A stretch of 64,000 nt of DNA from Tannerellaceae bacterium. Its GTDB lineage: Bacteria > Bacteroidota > Bacteroidia > Bacteroidales > Tannerellaceae. The DNA lies in the NCBI GenBank assembly GCA_021201295.1, contig JAJQFE010000021.1, forward strand, positions 8,208 through 72,207, in the 5' to 3' direction. The notes beneath the pieces are model-generated. The model was not told the origin of the DNA, did not search any database, and saw only the letters and a list, made by a program, of their open reading frames with translations. Positions within the stretch are counted from its first letter, which is position 1, and every line of letters starts with the position of its first letter. Position numbers and translations under genes: made by a program. Positions 36,434 to 45,875 of this stretch are shown piece after piece.

Positions 36434-37322
36434 ATGCTTATGATACCTGAAATATCTGTTATTATTTCAGTCTATAATGCTGAATCTTATATAGAGGAGT
36501 GTTTAAATTCTGTTATGACTCAAACATTTCGGAATATTGAAGTGGTGCTTATTGATGACGGATCTGAAGATCTTTCAAATGAGATCATGCAGTCTTTTTG
36601 TATAAAAGATAAACGTTTTAAATTATTCAGTCAACCGAATGCCGGAGTATCAGCTGAAAGAAATGAAGGAATAAAAAGATCGACTGGTAGGTATATATTT
36701 TTTCTGGATAGTGATGATACACTTATTTCAACCACATTTGAAGAACTATCTATTCGTACTCATAAAACAGATGCTGATATTATAATGGGAAATATTCTCT
36801 TTTGTACACCGGATGGTAAACAGACAATGCCTTATGAGAGAGAAGAGCCATTTAAGGATGTATTAGAAATTAAGGGAGATATCTGTTATCTGGAACTTAT
36901 GAGAATGAATTCATTTCCTCCTTTAGTTGGTGTATATCTGATTAAAAGATCTTTTCTGTTTAATAATCAATTCTTTTTTTAGGGAGGGAGTAATACATGA
37001 AGATGAGTTATGGTGCATGAACGTTTTGATATTAGCTGATAAAGTTTCTCTTTTGGATTTAATCTATTATTTATACAAACAGAATAGAGAGGAATCTTTG
37101 ATGAATACCAATAATAAAGAATTTCGTATCCATTCACTGGTAGAAATTTCGCAAGAGATTTATTCTTTGGCAAATTCTTTATATAAGCAGAACGTAATTA
37201 ATAAGAATGCAGTAGGTTATGTTTATGCCAGAATATTTCTTCTGTATCATGAAATAGCCAGATTAATAATTGATTTGCCGGGAAAAAAATGTTTAATCTA
37301 TCCATTTTTGACCATATACTAA
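36434..37322 (+). pseudogene. family-2 glycosyltransferase, frameshifted in a T7 tract as assembled
   Basis: ORFs 36434..36982 and 37017..37322. ISVIISVYNAESYIEECLNSV, VLIDDGSED, GVSAERNEGI and FLDSDD motifs. ...NNQFFF joins REGVIHEDELWCMNVLI... if run 36974..36980 has 6 T instead of 7. Confidence 0.75.
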
Positions 37323-37445
37323 AGTGTTCTTATAGTAAATTAAATTATAAACAACAAAAATATGTTTTAAATATCTATTGTTTAGCTACTTATCTTATGA
37401 AATGTTTTAATTAACTGTAAAAGTATGACTTTCTAACAATAGTAC

Positions 37446-37453
37446 TATCTTTG
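37446..37453 (+). promoter_or_regulatory. -7 promoter box TAtcTTTG upstream of the YiiX-like gene
   Basis: tatctttg lies 33 nt upstream of ATG 37486. Confidence 0.5.
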
Positions 37454-37485
37454 TATAGTTTAATGAATATGCTTTGAAAGAAATT

Positions 37486-38136
37486 ATGTATGGATTATTA
37501 TTTTTGATAATTACTTTTTTTCCTCAAACCGAGATCCCCTTTACTCTTTAAACCGGGGACCTGATCTTTCAGGAATCCTGTCCGGAGGAGCCGGATGACA
37601 GGATCAAAGAGGTCACAAATAGTATTGGAGAGTACCACTTTACGCATGTGGGGATTGTCTGGATAGATGAACAGGAGAATCCTTTTGTGATTGAAGTGAC
37701 TATTCCCCGGGTGGTTGTTATGCCTTTGAAAGCTTATCTTTATCCAGAAGATAAAAAGGAATGCTATCCGATCTCAGTGGTTGAGCGATTGAAGGAAGAA
37801 TGGCAACCTTTGATTCCGGATGCGATCCGGGAAGCTTTTACTCATGTAGGTAAAGCATATGATCATGGATATATATTAAATAATGATACGTATTATTGTT
37901 CGGAACTTATTTATGAGATTCTGCTCAGGGCTAACCAGGGAGAAGCTGTGTTCCCTTTGAATGAAATGACCTTCAGGTCTCCGGTGACCGGGGAGTTTAC
38001 AGAGGGCTGGATCCGGCATTTTGAGGAGTTGGGAATGCCTGTTCCGGAAGGAGAACCCGGAATTAATCCCGGAGCCATGTCCCGTTCGGAAGTAATTGAT
38101 ATGGAACTATATGTTTTTCCTATATCACCTTACTAA
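37486..38136 (+). pseudogene. YiiX-family permuted papain-like (NlpC/P60-type) hydrolase with an in-frame TAA
   Basis: ATG 37486 is in frame with ORF 37648..38136. MYGLLFLIITFFPQTEIPFTL*TGDLIFQESCPEE... has TAA at 37549..37551, where YiiX proteins have Gln (PQTGDIIFQ, from memory). Confidence 0.65.
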
Positions 38137-38413
38137 TCAGGAAATGTATCCGACACAGAGAAGGTAAATTTTCATAAATAGAAGTATGATTTAGGAATGG
38201 GGGTTTGTTATGTCCAAAATAAAAAATCGTTAGCTTTTCATCTGTATTTAACTTATTTTCTTATCTGCAGAAGTCTATGTGATTTGCATGATCCTGTGCT
38301 CTAATTATTTTAGTGTCAGATGCATTGCCTTCCTGATTTTATTCTTCGGCAGATTTTCTTTTTTATGACTCTTTTAACCGTAGATTTCATCTAAAATGTT
38401 CATCTTTGTAAAG

Positions 38414-39679
38414 ATGAAAGAAGGAATTCTGGATAAGTTGAAAATCCTGGCGGAGTCGGCCAAATATGATGTTTCCTGTGCTTCCAGTGGTACAACCCAG
38501 AAGAGTCAGAAGGGAGGAATCGGTAGTGCACATGGCTGGGGTATCTGTCATTCGTTTACCGAAGACGGGCGCTGTGTATCATTGCTTAAGATCATGATGA
38601 CCAACTATTGTATGTTTGATTGTGCTTATTGTGTGAACAGGCGAAGCAATGATATTCCCCGTGCGACGATGACAGTCCGTGAATTGGTGGAACTGACCAT
38701 TGAATTCTACCGGAGAAATTATATTGAAGGATTGTTTCTGAGTTCCGGGGTAATCCATAGTTCGGATCATACGATGGAACGTATGGTACGGGTTTTAAAA
38801 GAGCTGCGTACTATCCATAAATATAATGGGTATATTCATATGAAAAGTATTCCCGGAGCGAGCCGGGAACTGGTGAATGAAGCCGGACTTTATGCCGATC
38901 GTCTGAGTGTAAATCTGGAGATTGCCAGAGAGGATAATCTCAAATTGCTGGCTCCGGAAAAAGACCACCAGAGTATTTACCAGCCAATGGCCTATATTTA
39001 TCAGGGTGTCCTGGCCAGCCTGGAGGAACGAAAACACTTTAAACATGCCCCTCGGTTTGCTCCGGCAGGACAAAGTACTCAGATGATCATTGGAGCTACG
39101 AGTGAAACGGACCGGGAGATACTCCAATTGTCTACTGCTTTATATAGAAGGCCCAGTATTAAACGGGTCTATTATTCCGGATATATTCCAGTGAACTCTT
39201 ATGATGCCCGCCTGCCGGCTTTGAAGCAAGCTCCCTTAGTCAGGGAGAACCGCTTATACCAGGCGGACTGGCTTATGCGTTTTTATGGTTTTCAGGAAAA
39301 TGAGATCGTAGATGATTCCTATCCGAATTTAGATCTGGAAGTGGACCCCAAACTGGCATGGGCACTTCGGCATCCGGATAAATTTCCGGTGGATCTGAAT
39401 AAGGCAGAGTATGCCATGATCCTGCGGGTTCCCGGTATTGGTATAAAGTCGGCTAAACTGATCATTGCTACCCGGCGGTATGGTAAGATCACAGCCTCTA
39501 CTTTGAAAAAAATAGGTGTAGTGATGAAAAAGGCGCAGTTTTTCATCACTTGTCATGAGTTACCCCGGGTTACGGTCCATGAAGCTCATCCGGAGTATGT
39601 TCGTCAATTCCTTACCCAAAAGAAAAGTGCTAAAAAAGAATCGGACCAGCGACAATTGTCTATTCTGTTTCCGGATTAA
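38414..39679 (+). CDS. putative DNA modification/repair radical SAM protein (TIGR03916-like)
   Basis: ORF track 38396..39679; the likely start is MKEGILDKLKIL at 38414. It has a CMFDCAYCVNR CxxxCxxC motif and a C-terminal helix-hairpin-helix-like region. Confidence 0.7.
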   Translation: MKEGILDKLKILAESAKYDVSCASSGTTQKSQKGGIGSAHGWGICHSFTEDGRCVSLLKIMMTNYCMFDCAYCVNRRSNDIPRATMTVRELVELTIEFYRRNYIEGLFLSSGVIHSSDHTMERMVRVLKELRTIHKYNGYIHMKSIPGASRELVNEAGLYADRLSVNLEIAREDNLKLLAPEKDHQSIYQPMAYIYQGVLASLEERKHFKHAPRFAPAGQSTQMIIGATSETDREILQLSTALYRRPSIKRVYYSGYIPVNSYDARLPALKQAPLVRENRLYQADWLMRFYGFQENEIVDDSYPNLDLEVDPKLAWALRHPDKFPVDLNKAEYAMILRVPGIGIKSAKLIIATRRYGKITASTLKKIGVVMKKAQFFITCHELPRVTVHEAHPEYVRQFLTQKKSAKKESDQRQLSILFPD

Positions 39680-39685
39680 ACGACT

Positions 39686-40447
39686 ATGTTGATATTTATT
39701 TATGATAAAACATTTGAAGGGTTATTGACAGCTGTTTTTGATGCCTATAACCGGAGGATGTTTCCTGATAAACTGATAGGAGAAGGCGAACCGGAACCTT
39801 TGTTTACTCAGGAGGTTCACCGGGTGATCAATGACCCGGAGAAATCCAACCGGGTCTGGAGTGGAGTACAACAGAAAATCTCTAAGCATGCCTGTAATAT
39901 GTTGTTATGTGTCTGGTTGTCTGAGTTGCCGGGGTGTGATGAATTAATTTTGAGGTATGTCCGGAAAGTATTTGACAGGTCCTATTCTATTGAGATGAAT
40001 TTTGCCGATGATGATGTTCTGGAGGTAACTAAAATTGCCCGGAAAGTAGGGAAAGAAAAGCACTATCTGATGGAGTTTGTCCGCTTTCAGAAGGCATCGG
40101 ATGATGTTTTTTTTGCTCCGGTTTCTCCTCTGTATAATGCACTTCCATTAGCGATCTCTTTTTTTAAAGACCGTTTCTCTTATCAGAAGTGGATCATTTA
40201 TGATATCAAGCGAAAGTATGGCTATTATTATGACCTGAAAACCGTGGAGGAAATCATGTTATCGGATGATACCCATTTATTAACCGGAAAGCTGAATGAA
40301 GATCTGATGGCACAGGATGAGAAACTATTTCAGGATCTATGGAAAAACTACTTTGGTGCTTTGACGATCCGGGAACGAATTAATCCTAAACTTCAACGTC
40401 AGCATATGCCCCGGCGTTTCTGGAAATTCCTGACGGAGAAGCAATAA
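39686..40447 (+). CDS. DUF4130 / TIGR03915-like putative DNA metabolism protein (partner of the radical SAM gene)
   Basis: 253-aa ORF MLIFIYDKTFEGLLTAVFDAYNRR... 6 nt downstream of the rSAM gene. From memory, this is a conserved gene pair. Confidence 0.65.
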   Translation: MLIFIYDKTFEGLLTAVFDAYNRRMFPDKLIGEGEPEPLFTQEVHRVINDPEKSNRVWSGVQQKISKHACNMLLCVWLSELPGCDELILRYVRKVFDRSYSIEMNFADDDVLEVTKIARKVGKEKHYLMEFVRFQKASDDVFFAPVSPLYNALPLAISFFKDRFSYQKWIIYDIKRKYGYYYDLKTVEEIMLSDDTHLLTGKLNEDLMAQDEKLFQDLWKNYFGALTIRERINPKLQRQHMPRRFWKFLTEKQ

Positions 40448-40596
40448 ATTAGCCATAAGGATATGGCACATAAATAATCACAGATGAAACACGGATTTAC
40501 AGATATAAAATCAATATTTACAAATTAGTAAGCATACTGTCAGAAGTTTACTACAAAAAATTATGTCTATCCGGTTTTATTTATTAGAGTATATAT

Positions 40597-40632
40597 AAAA
40601 ACTGTCTGGCACCATAGTATCAGACAGTTTTT
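40597..40632. terminator. bidirectional terminator between the DUF4130 gene and the GH20 gene
   Basis: aaaaactgtctg-12 nt-cagacagttttt. Confidence 0.75.
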
Positions 40633-40656
40633 ATAATTAATGGAGTACGATTCCGG

Positions 40657-43011
40657 TTAATGGAATAGCATATTTCCTGTAATTTTTTGAAATTCTTCGG
40701 CTGATTCATGACGTAGGGCTACATGACCATCACTCCAGATAGTGGGCCATCCGCCGATGATATGACCTAAAAATACAATTTTGATCTCATGCATACCTTG
40801 GGCTAAAGCTATGGATCTGTCTTTGCGGGAGAAGCGTTTGACTTCACCTCCGTTGTTAATCACTAACTTTCCATCTATCCAAACCTCTTCATGGTCTGAA
40901 GACACATAGTAGACACCATCTTCCGGAATATGTACGTATCCGGTAGCAATGGCTCCGTAAGGACGGAATTCACGTACGGAAATTCCCCAGTCAACCGGTC
41001 CCTGGGTCGGGATTTCTATCAATTCTTCTATGATTGAACTGTTCCAGTTAGTGATGTCTTTGGTCTGGGAAGATTCCAGAAAATAGCCATCTGCTATGTC
41101 CATTTTCAGTCCTGGTTTTACGTGTGCGACTTCCTTTGCCGGAGCTAACGTTTGTTTCTCTACAGTAATGGTACGGACTTTACTCATTTTACCCGAAGGT
41201 AATACCGAGCGGATCTGAATGGTTCCGGATTCTGTGAATGTTAACGGAGATTCATAAATAGCAGATTGTTGAGTAGGTTCAGTCCCGTCTAAAGTATATA
41301 TCATTTTCATGGGACGGGAGGTTTTGAACTCAACAGATACCTGATCTGTAAAAGCAACAAAGTCACATGATCCGAATGGCTGTTCCGGAAGTGGAATATA
41401 GTGATTGATATCATGTCCGTCTAGACGTACCAACCCATTATCCAGCCTACGCTCAAAATCTTTGTAGTCTTTCTTGTCCAGTACGGTCCATCCGATCTCG
41501 GAAAGAGCCAGAATACGGGGATATACTTTATATTCACGTAAAGCATGTTCATACATGTATTCTGCCCATATATTACACTGTACTCCTAAAATATGATTGT
41601 CTTTATTGATTTTCACTAATGTATCAGGAGTCGGATTGTAATGATATACTTTTTCTATGGTGGTATATCCACCGATCGTTACAGGATCTATTTTGTAATC
41701 TCCTTCGTATTGATCCAGATACATTCCATTACTTCCAGGGGTCATGATCGCATCATGTCCCATACTGGCTGCGGCAATACCTCCCTGTTCTCCCTGCCAG
41801 GACATAACGATAGCTGTAGGTGCCAGTCCACCTTCGAGGATCTCATCCCAACCAATCATTTTTTTACCGTGTTTATTGACAATCTTTTCAATGCGCTGAA
41901 CAAAATAGCTTTGGAGACCCTCTTCTGCTGAATATTCTTTAGTGGCCTTAATTCCTTCTTCACGAATCCGTTTCTGGCAAAGCGGACATTTCTCCCAGCT
42001 TCTTTTCGGACATTCATCCCCTCCGATATGGAAGTATTCCCCGGGAAATAAGGGAACCACTTCTGCAATGACATCTTCAAAGAAATTGAAGACTTCATCT
42101 TTTCCTGCACATAACACAATATCTTCTACACCCCATACGATACGAGGAGTAGTGGGTTCACCGGTACAGGATAGTTCTGGATAGGCTGCGATAGCTGCCA
42201 GTTCATGTCCGGGAACCTCTATTTCCGGTATGACAGTAATAAAGCGGTCTGCTGCATATTGTACCACTTCTTTTATTTCTTCCTGTGTATAGAAGAATGG
42301 ACCATATTCAAATCCTTCTCCTTCGATACGTCTGGAGCCTACTTCTGTCAGCTTCGGATATTTTTTGATCTCAATTCGCCAGCCCTGGTCGTCTGTCAGG
42401 TGCCAATGCATAATGTTAATCTTAAACAGGGCTAACACATCTAACTGCTTTTTGATCTCATCTACTGTCATAAAGTGACGGCATATATCAAACATAATAC
42501 CCCGGTATCCGAAACGGGGTTCATCCTGAATGGAGACAGCAGGCGCATTCCAGGCAATTCCGTTTACTTTCGATGGACTTTCCACTTCTGCCGGAAGTAA
42601 TTGCATGAAAGATTGCATACCATAAAAAAGACCTTGAGGTGTATTAGCTTTGACTACTACCTGACGGTCATTTACCTCTAATGTATATCCTTCTTGATTC
42701 AGATCTAATGCATGGTCTAATAGCAGGGAAATAGTATTGTTTCCCTCTTGGTCTGTTGTTTTCAGACTATAGCCCGTCGAGCGGTTCAGTTTGGCGGCAA
42801 AAAAATCTGCTATTGTTTTTGCTTCAGCAGCAGGAGCATAAAATGCTGTGCTTTTGTTTAGTATAAAAGCCCCTTTATGTTGTACCAGGCTTTTTGGCGC
42901 GGGAATAATGTTAATGCCCTCATTATAAGGCATCTGTTTGGCCGGCTCTTTCTGACAGGAAGTAAAGAGGACCAGTGCAATAACTGCACATTGTAAAAAG
43001 AAATTTTTCAT
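40657..43011 (-). CDS. GH20 beta-N-acetylhexosaminidase lipoprotein with a C-terminal PA14-like domain
   Basis: ORF track 40657..43044; the likely start is MKNFFLQCAVIALVLFTSC at 43011. GH20 catalytic region HWHLTDDQGWR ... HIGGDE. Confidence 0.85.
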   Translation of the reverse strand: MKNFFLQCAVIALVLFTSCQKEPAKQMPYNEGINIIPAPKSLVQHKGAFILNKSTAFYAPAAEAKTIADFFAAKLNRSTGYSLKTTDQEGNNTISLLLDHALDLNQEGYTLEVNDRQVVVKANTPQGLFYGMQSFMQLLPAEVESPSKVNGIAWNAPAVSIQDEPRFGYRGIMFDICRHFMTVDEIKKQLDVLALFKINIMHWHLTDDQGWRIEIKKYPKLTEVGSRRIEGEGFEYGPFFYTQEEIKEVVQYAADRFITVIPEIEVPGHELAAIAAYPELSCTGEPTTPRIVWGVEDIVLCAGKDEVFNFFEDVIAEVVPLFPGEYFHIGGDECPKRSWEKCPLCQKRIREEGIKATKEYSAEEGLQSYFVQRIEKIVNKHGKKMIGWDEILEGGLAPTAIVMSWQGEQGGIAAASMGHDAIMTPGSNGMYLDQYEGDYKIDPVTIGGYTTIEKVYHYNPTPDTLVKINKDNHILGVQCNIWAEYMYEHALREYKVYPRILALSEIGWTVLDKKDYKDFERRLDNGLVRLDGHDINHYIPLPEQPFGSCDFVAFTDQVSVEFKTSRPMKMIYTLDGTEPTQQSAIYESPLTFTESGTIQIRSVLPSGKMSKVRTITVEKQTLAPAKEVAHVKPGLKMDIADGYFLESSQTKDITNWNSSIIEELIEIPTQGPVDWGISVREFRPYGAIATGYVHIPEDGVYYVSSDHEEVWIDGKLVINNGGEVKRFSRKDRSIALAQGMHEIKIVFLGHIIGGWPTIWSDGHVALRHESAEEFQKITGNMLFH

Positions 43012-43150
43012 GTTCAGAGATTTTATATAATAGAATGTATACACTTATAGAAGTCTGTAATGACCGGTTAAAAATATCCCCTTCTGAAAGAGCAGGAGGC
43101 AATTTTGTAAAAAGCCTTTTATTCTCAGAAGGGGATAAGGGAAGCCTTAA

Positions 43151-44431
43151 TTACCAGGCGAACAGGGGATATTCTTTCATGATGCTGTTTACTTTTTCGC
43201 GGACAACAGCAATGGTTTGTTCGTTTTCAGGAGCGGATAATACCGTATCCATCAATTCTACGATCTCTCCCATCAATAGCTCTTTTGCACCACGGGTTGT
43301 AATGGCCGGAGTTCCTACGCGGATACCCGAGGTCTGAAAAGCAGAACGGCTGTCAAAGGGAACCATATTTTTGTTTACTGTAATATCGGCTGCTACCAAG
43401 GCTTTTTCTGCTACTTTTCCTGTCAGATCAGGGAATTTTGTCCGTAGGTCGATCAGCATACTGTGATTGTCCGTACCGTCGGAGATAATTTTATAGCCTT
43501 TATCAATAAAAGCCTGTGCCAGAGCTGCGGCATTTGTTTTTACCTGGGCCTGATAGGTTTTATACTCCGGTTCCAATGCCTCTCCGAACGAAACCGCTTT
43601 AGCGGCAATCACATGTTCTAATGGTCCGCCCTGGATACCAGGAAATACGGCAGAATCCAATAATTGGGACATCTTTTTGATCTCTCCTTTCGGGGTGGTT
43701 TTACCCCAGGGATTTTCAAAATCTTTTCCTAACAGGATGATACCTCCCCGTGGTCCACGCAGCGTTTTATGTGTGGTAGAAGTCACGATGTGTGCATATT
43801 CAAGCGGATTGTTCAGTAGACCGGCAGCTACTAAACCGGCGGGGTGTGCCATATCTACCATTAGCAGAGCACCTACTTTATCGGCAATTTCACGCATCCG
43901 TTTGTAATCCCAGTCACGGGAATAGGCAGATCCTCCTCCTACAATCAGTTTCGGACGTTCACGAAGTGCTACTTCTTTCATCTGATCGTAATCTACGCGA
44001 CCTGTATCTTCTTTTACATTATATTCAGTTGCTTTATAAAGTATGCCGGAACTATTTACAGGAGATCCATGAGAAAGATGTCCACCATGTGCCAGATTCA
44101 ATCCTAAAAAGGTATCACCCGGATTCAGTACCGCCAAAAATACGGCTGCGTTTGCCTGTGCTCCTGAGTGAGGTTGTACGTTTGCCCATTCTGCATGAAA
44201 GATTTGTTTCAGACGGTCTATAGCAATGGATTCACTCTGGTCCACCACTTCGCAACCTCCGTAATAGCGTTTCCCGGGATATCCTTCTGCGTATTTGTTA
44301 GTCAAACAACTACCCATGGCTTCCATTACCTGGTCACTTACGAAGTTTTCCGAAGCAATCAGTTCAATACCTTTTAACTGGCGTTGCTTCTCTTTCTCAA
44401 TAATGTCAAAAATAATGTTGTCTTTTTTCAT
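43151..44431 (-). CDS. glyA: serine hydroxymethyltransferase
   Basis: 426-aa ORF. The PLP-site motif [14 protein letters not shown] is present. Confidence 0.9.
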   Translation of the reverse strand: MKKDNIIFDIIEKEKQRQLKGIELIASENFVSDQVMEAMGSCLTNKYAEGYPGKRYYGGCEVVDQSESIAIDRLKQIFHAEWANVQPHSGAQANAAVFLAVLNPGDTFLGLNLAHGGHLSHGSPVNSSGILYKATEYNVKEDTGRVDYDQMKEVALRERPKLIVGGGSAYSRDWDYKRMREIADKVGALLMVDMAHPAGLVAAGLLNNPLEYAHIVTSTTHKTLRGPRGGIILLGKDFENPWGKTTPKGEIKKMSQLLDSAVFPGIQGGPLEHVIAAKAVSFGEALEPEYKTYQAQVKTNAAALAQAFIDKGYKIISDGTDNHSMLIDLRTKFPDLTGKVAEKALVAADITVNKNMVPFDSRSAFQTSGIRVGTPAITTRGAKELLMGEIVELMDTVLSAPENEQTIAVVREKVNSIMKEYPLFAW

Positions 44432-44500
44432 TACCTGTAAAATTGGTTATTGCTGAAAATCTTTAGATATTCCGGATGAGGAAATATCTGAAAACCCTTG

Positions 44501-44508
44501 CAAATTTA
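44501..44508 (-). promoter_or_regulatory. -7 promoter box TAaaTTTG for glyA
   Basis: Plus-strand caaattta lies ~70 nt upstream of the glyA ATG. Confidence 0.5.
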
Positions 44509-44888
44509 CTATATTTTTCCTACATATAAGAGGATATGGTCTAAGTTTTGTCTATTCCATGAAAGTATGATAAAATTACTCTCTTTTTCATAAAGCTGTA
44601 AAGTGTTTTCCGAAAGCTGGAAATTTTTTAGAACATCGCAGATAATATACTATTATATAGGATAGCTTATATTTGCTTAACGGCTTTGAAATACCATGTT
44701 TGGCGTATTTTTGTAGTAGGCAACGTGGTAGATTGAGTACTAAAGTGTATACCAATTATTTGGTATATTAAGGGTTTGGGTTTGTTTTTTATTAAAATAT
44801 CGGGGAAAAGTGGTTAACTTGCCCTCTGAATAGAGTAGAAATAGGCAAAGGATCATTAAAAGATAGTCAAATTTTCAATTGTCGATTC

Positions 44889-44904
44889 TAACTTTGTATA
44901 TTTG
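44889..44904 (+). promoter_or_regulatory. two adjacent -7 boxes (TAacTTTG, TAtaTTTG) upstream of cysQ
   Basis: taactttg at 44889..44896 and tatatttg at 44897..44904, 25-40 nt upstream of ATG 44929. Confidence 0.5.
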
Positions 44905-44928
44905 CCTATTTAAATTAAATCAACTATA

Positions 44929-45744
44929 ATGACTGATTATTCTAATTACCTGTATATTGCAATCCGTTCTGCTGTAGATGCAGGACAGGCTATTATGGAT
45001 ATCTATACTGATCCGGATGCTGATTTTGAAGTGGAGCGTAAAGCGGATAACTCTCCTTTGACGATCGCTGACCGGGCTGCTCATCAGTTACTATTCTCTG
45101 CTTTATCTCTCACTAATTTCCCTATTCTGAGTGAAGAAGGAAAAGAGATCCCTTATAAACAACGAGCCAAATGGAAAACCTTTTGGCTCCTGGACCCCTT
45201 GGATGGAACTAAAGAGTTTATCAAAAAAAATGGAGAATTTACGGTCAATATTGCTTTAATCCATAAAGGAGTTCCTGTTTTAGGCGTTATTTATGTTCCT
45301 GTCCGGAAAGAACTCTATTTTGCAGAGGGAACCACCGGAGCATATAAGCTGACAGAGATGGACAGTGCCAGCCAGCCAGCAATCAATGATATTCGTAAAA
45401 ATGCCATGCGTCTGCCTTTAACTATGGGACATCAGGGGATAGTCGTAGTAGCTTCCCGCTCTCATCAGACGGAGGAAACGACTACCTTTATCGAAGGGCT
45501 GCGCAAACAGGGACAACCTGTGACACTGATCAGTAGTAGCAGTAGTCTGAAAATTTGCCTGATTGCTGAGGGATCGGCAGATATTTATCCCCGTTTTGCT
45601 CCTACGATGGAATGGGATACAGCGGCCGGACATGCTATCGCACGTGCTGCCGGGTGTGAGATCTACCATCTGGATGAAAAAACCCCTTTACGGTATAACA
45701 AAGAAAATTTAGTGAATCCCTGGTTTATAGCGAAACCGGTTTAG
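44929..45744 (+). CDS. cysQ: 3'(2'),5'-bisphosphate nucleotidase
   Basis: 271-aa ORF. WLLDPLDGTKEF and WDTAAGHA motifs of the inositol monophosphatase/CysQ family. Confidence 0.8.
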   Translation: MTDYSNYLYIAIRSAVDAGQAIMDIYTDPDADFEVERKADNSPLTIADRAAHQLLFSALSLTNFPILSEEGKEIPYKQRAKWKTFWLLDPLDGTKEFIKKNGEFTVNIALIHKGVPVLGVIYVPVRKELYFAEGTTGAYKLTEMDSASQPAINDIRKNAMRLPLTMGHQGIVVVASRSHQTEETTTFIEGLRKQGQPVTLISSSSSLKICLIAEGSADIYPRFAPTMEWDTAAGHAIARAAGCEIYHLDEKTPLRYNKENLVNPWFIAKPV

Positions 45745-45875
45745 TTCCGTTTACGGAATTTTCTGGTTTATTTTTCTTATAATGCTTTGTCATGTTGATT
45801 CGGACGGCTATGAAATGAGAATCTTATTAATTTTGTAACTTCTTACACTTAAATCAATAAAGAACTTAAGGACGC

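Larger units (their letters stand above)
30041..37340. other. AT-rich ~7.3-kb genomic island carrying the RiPP-like locus
   Basis: There is an abrupt by-eye drop in G+C between the TonB receptor stop and the YiiX-like promoter. The segment is bracketed by ATAGTAAAT at 30041..30049 and 37332..37340. Confidence 0.55.

Noticed and set aside
4734-37551. Alternative genetic code or programmed recoding (TGA=Trp, TAG/TAA=Gln, selenocysteine/pyrrolysine) to explain the in-frame stops
   Set aside because: All three stop codons are used at natural C-termini of well-conserved genes in the same window: TGA for the nitroreductase and GT2, TAG for pepT and pth, TAA for mntP and hslR. I recognised no Sec or Pyl machinery and no SECIS-like context in this window. 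Simple nonsense substitutions are more parsimonious.
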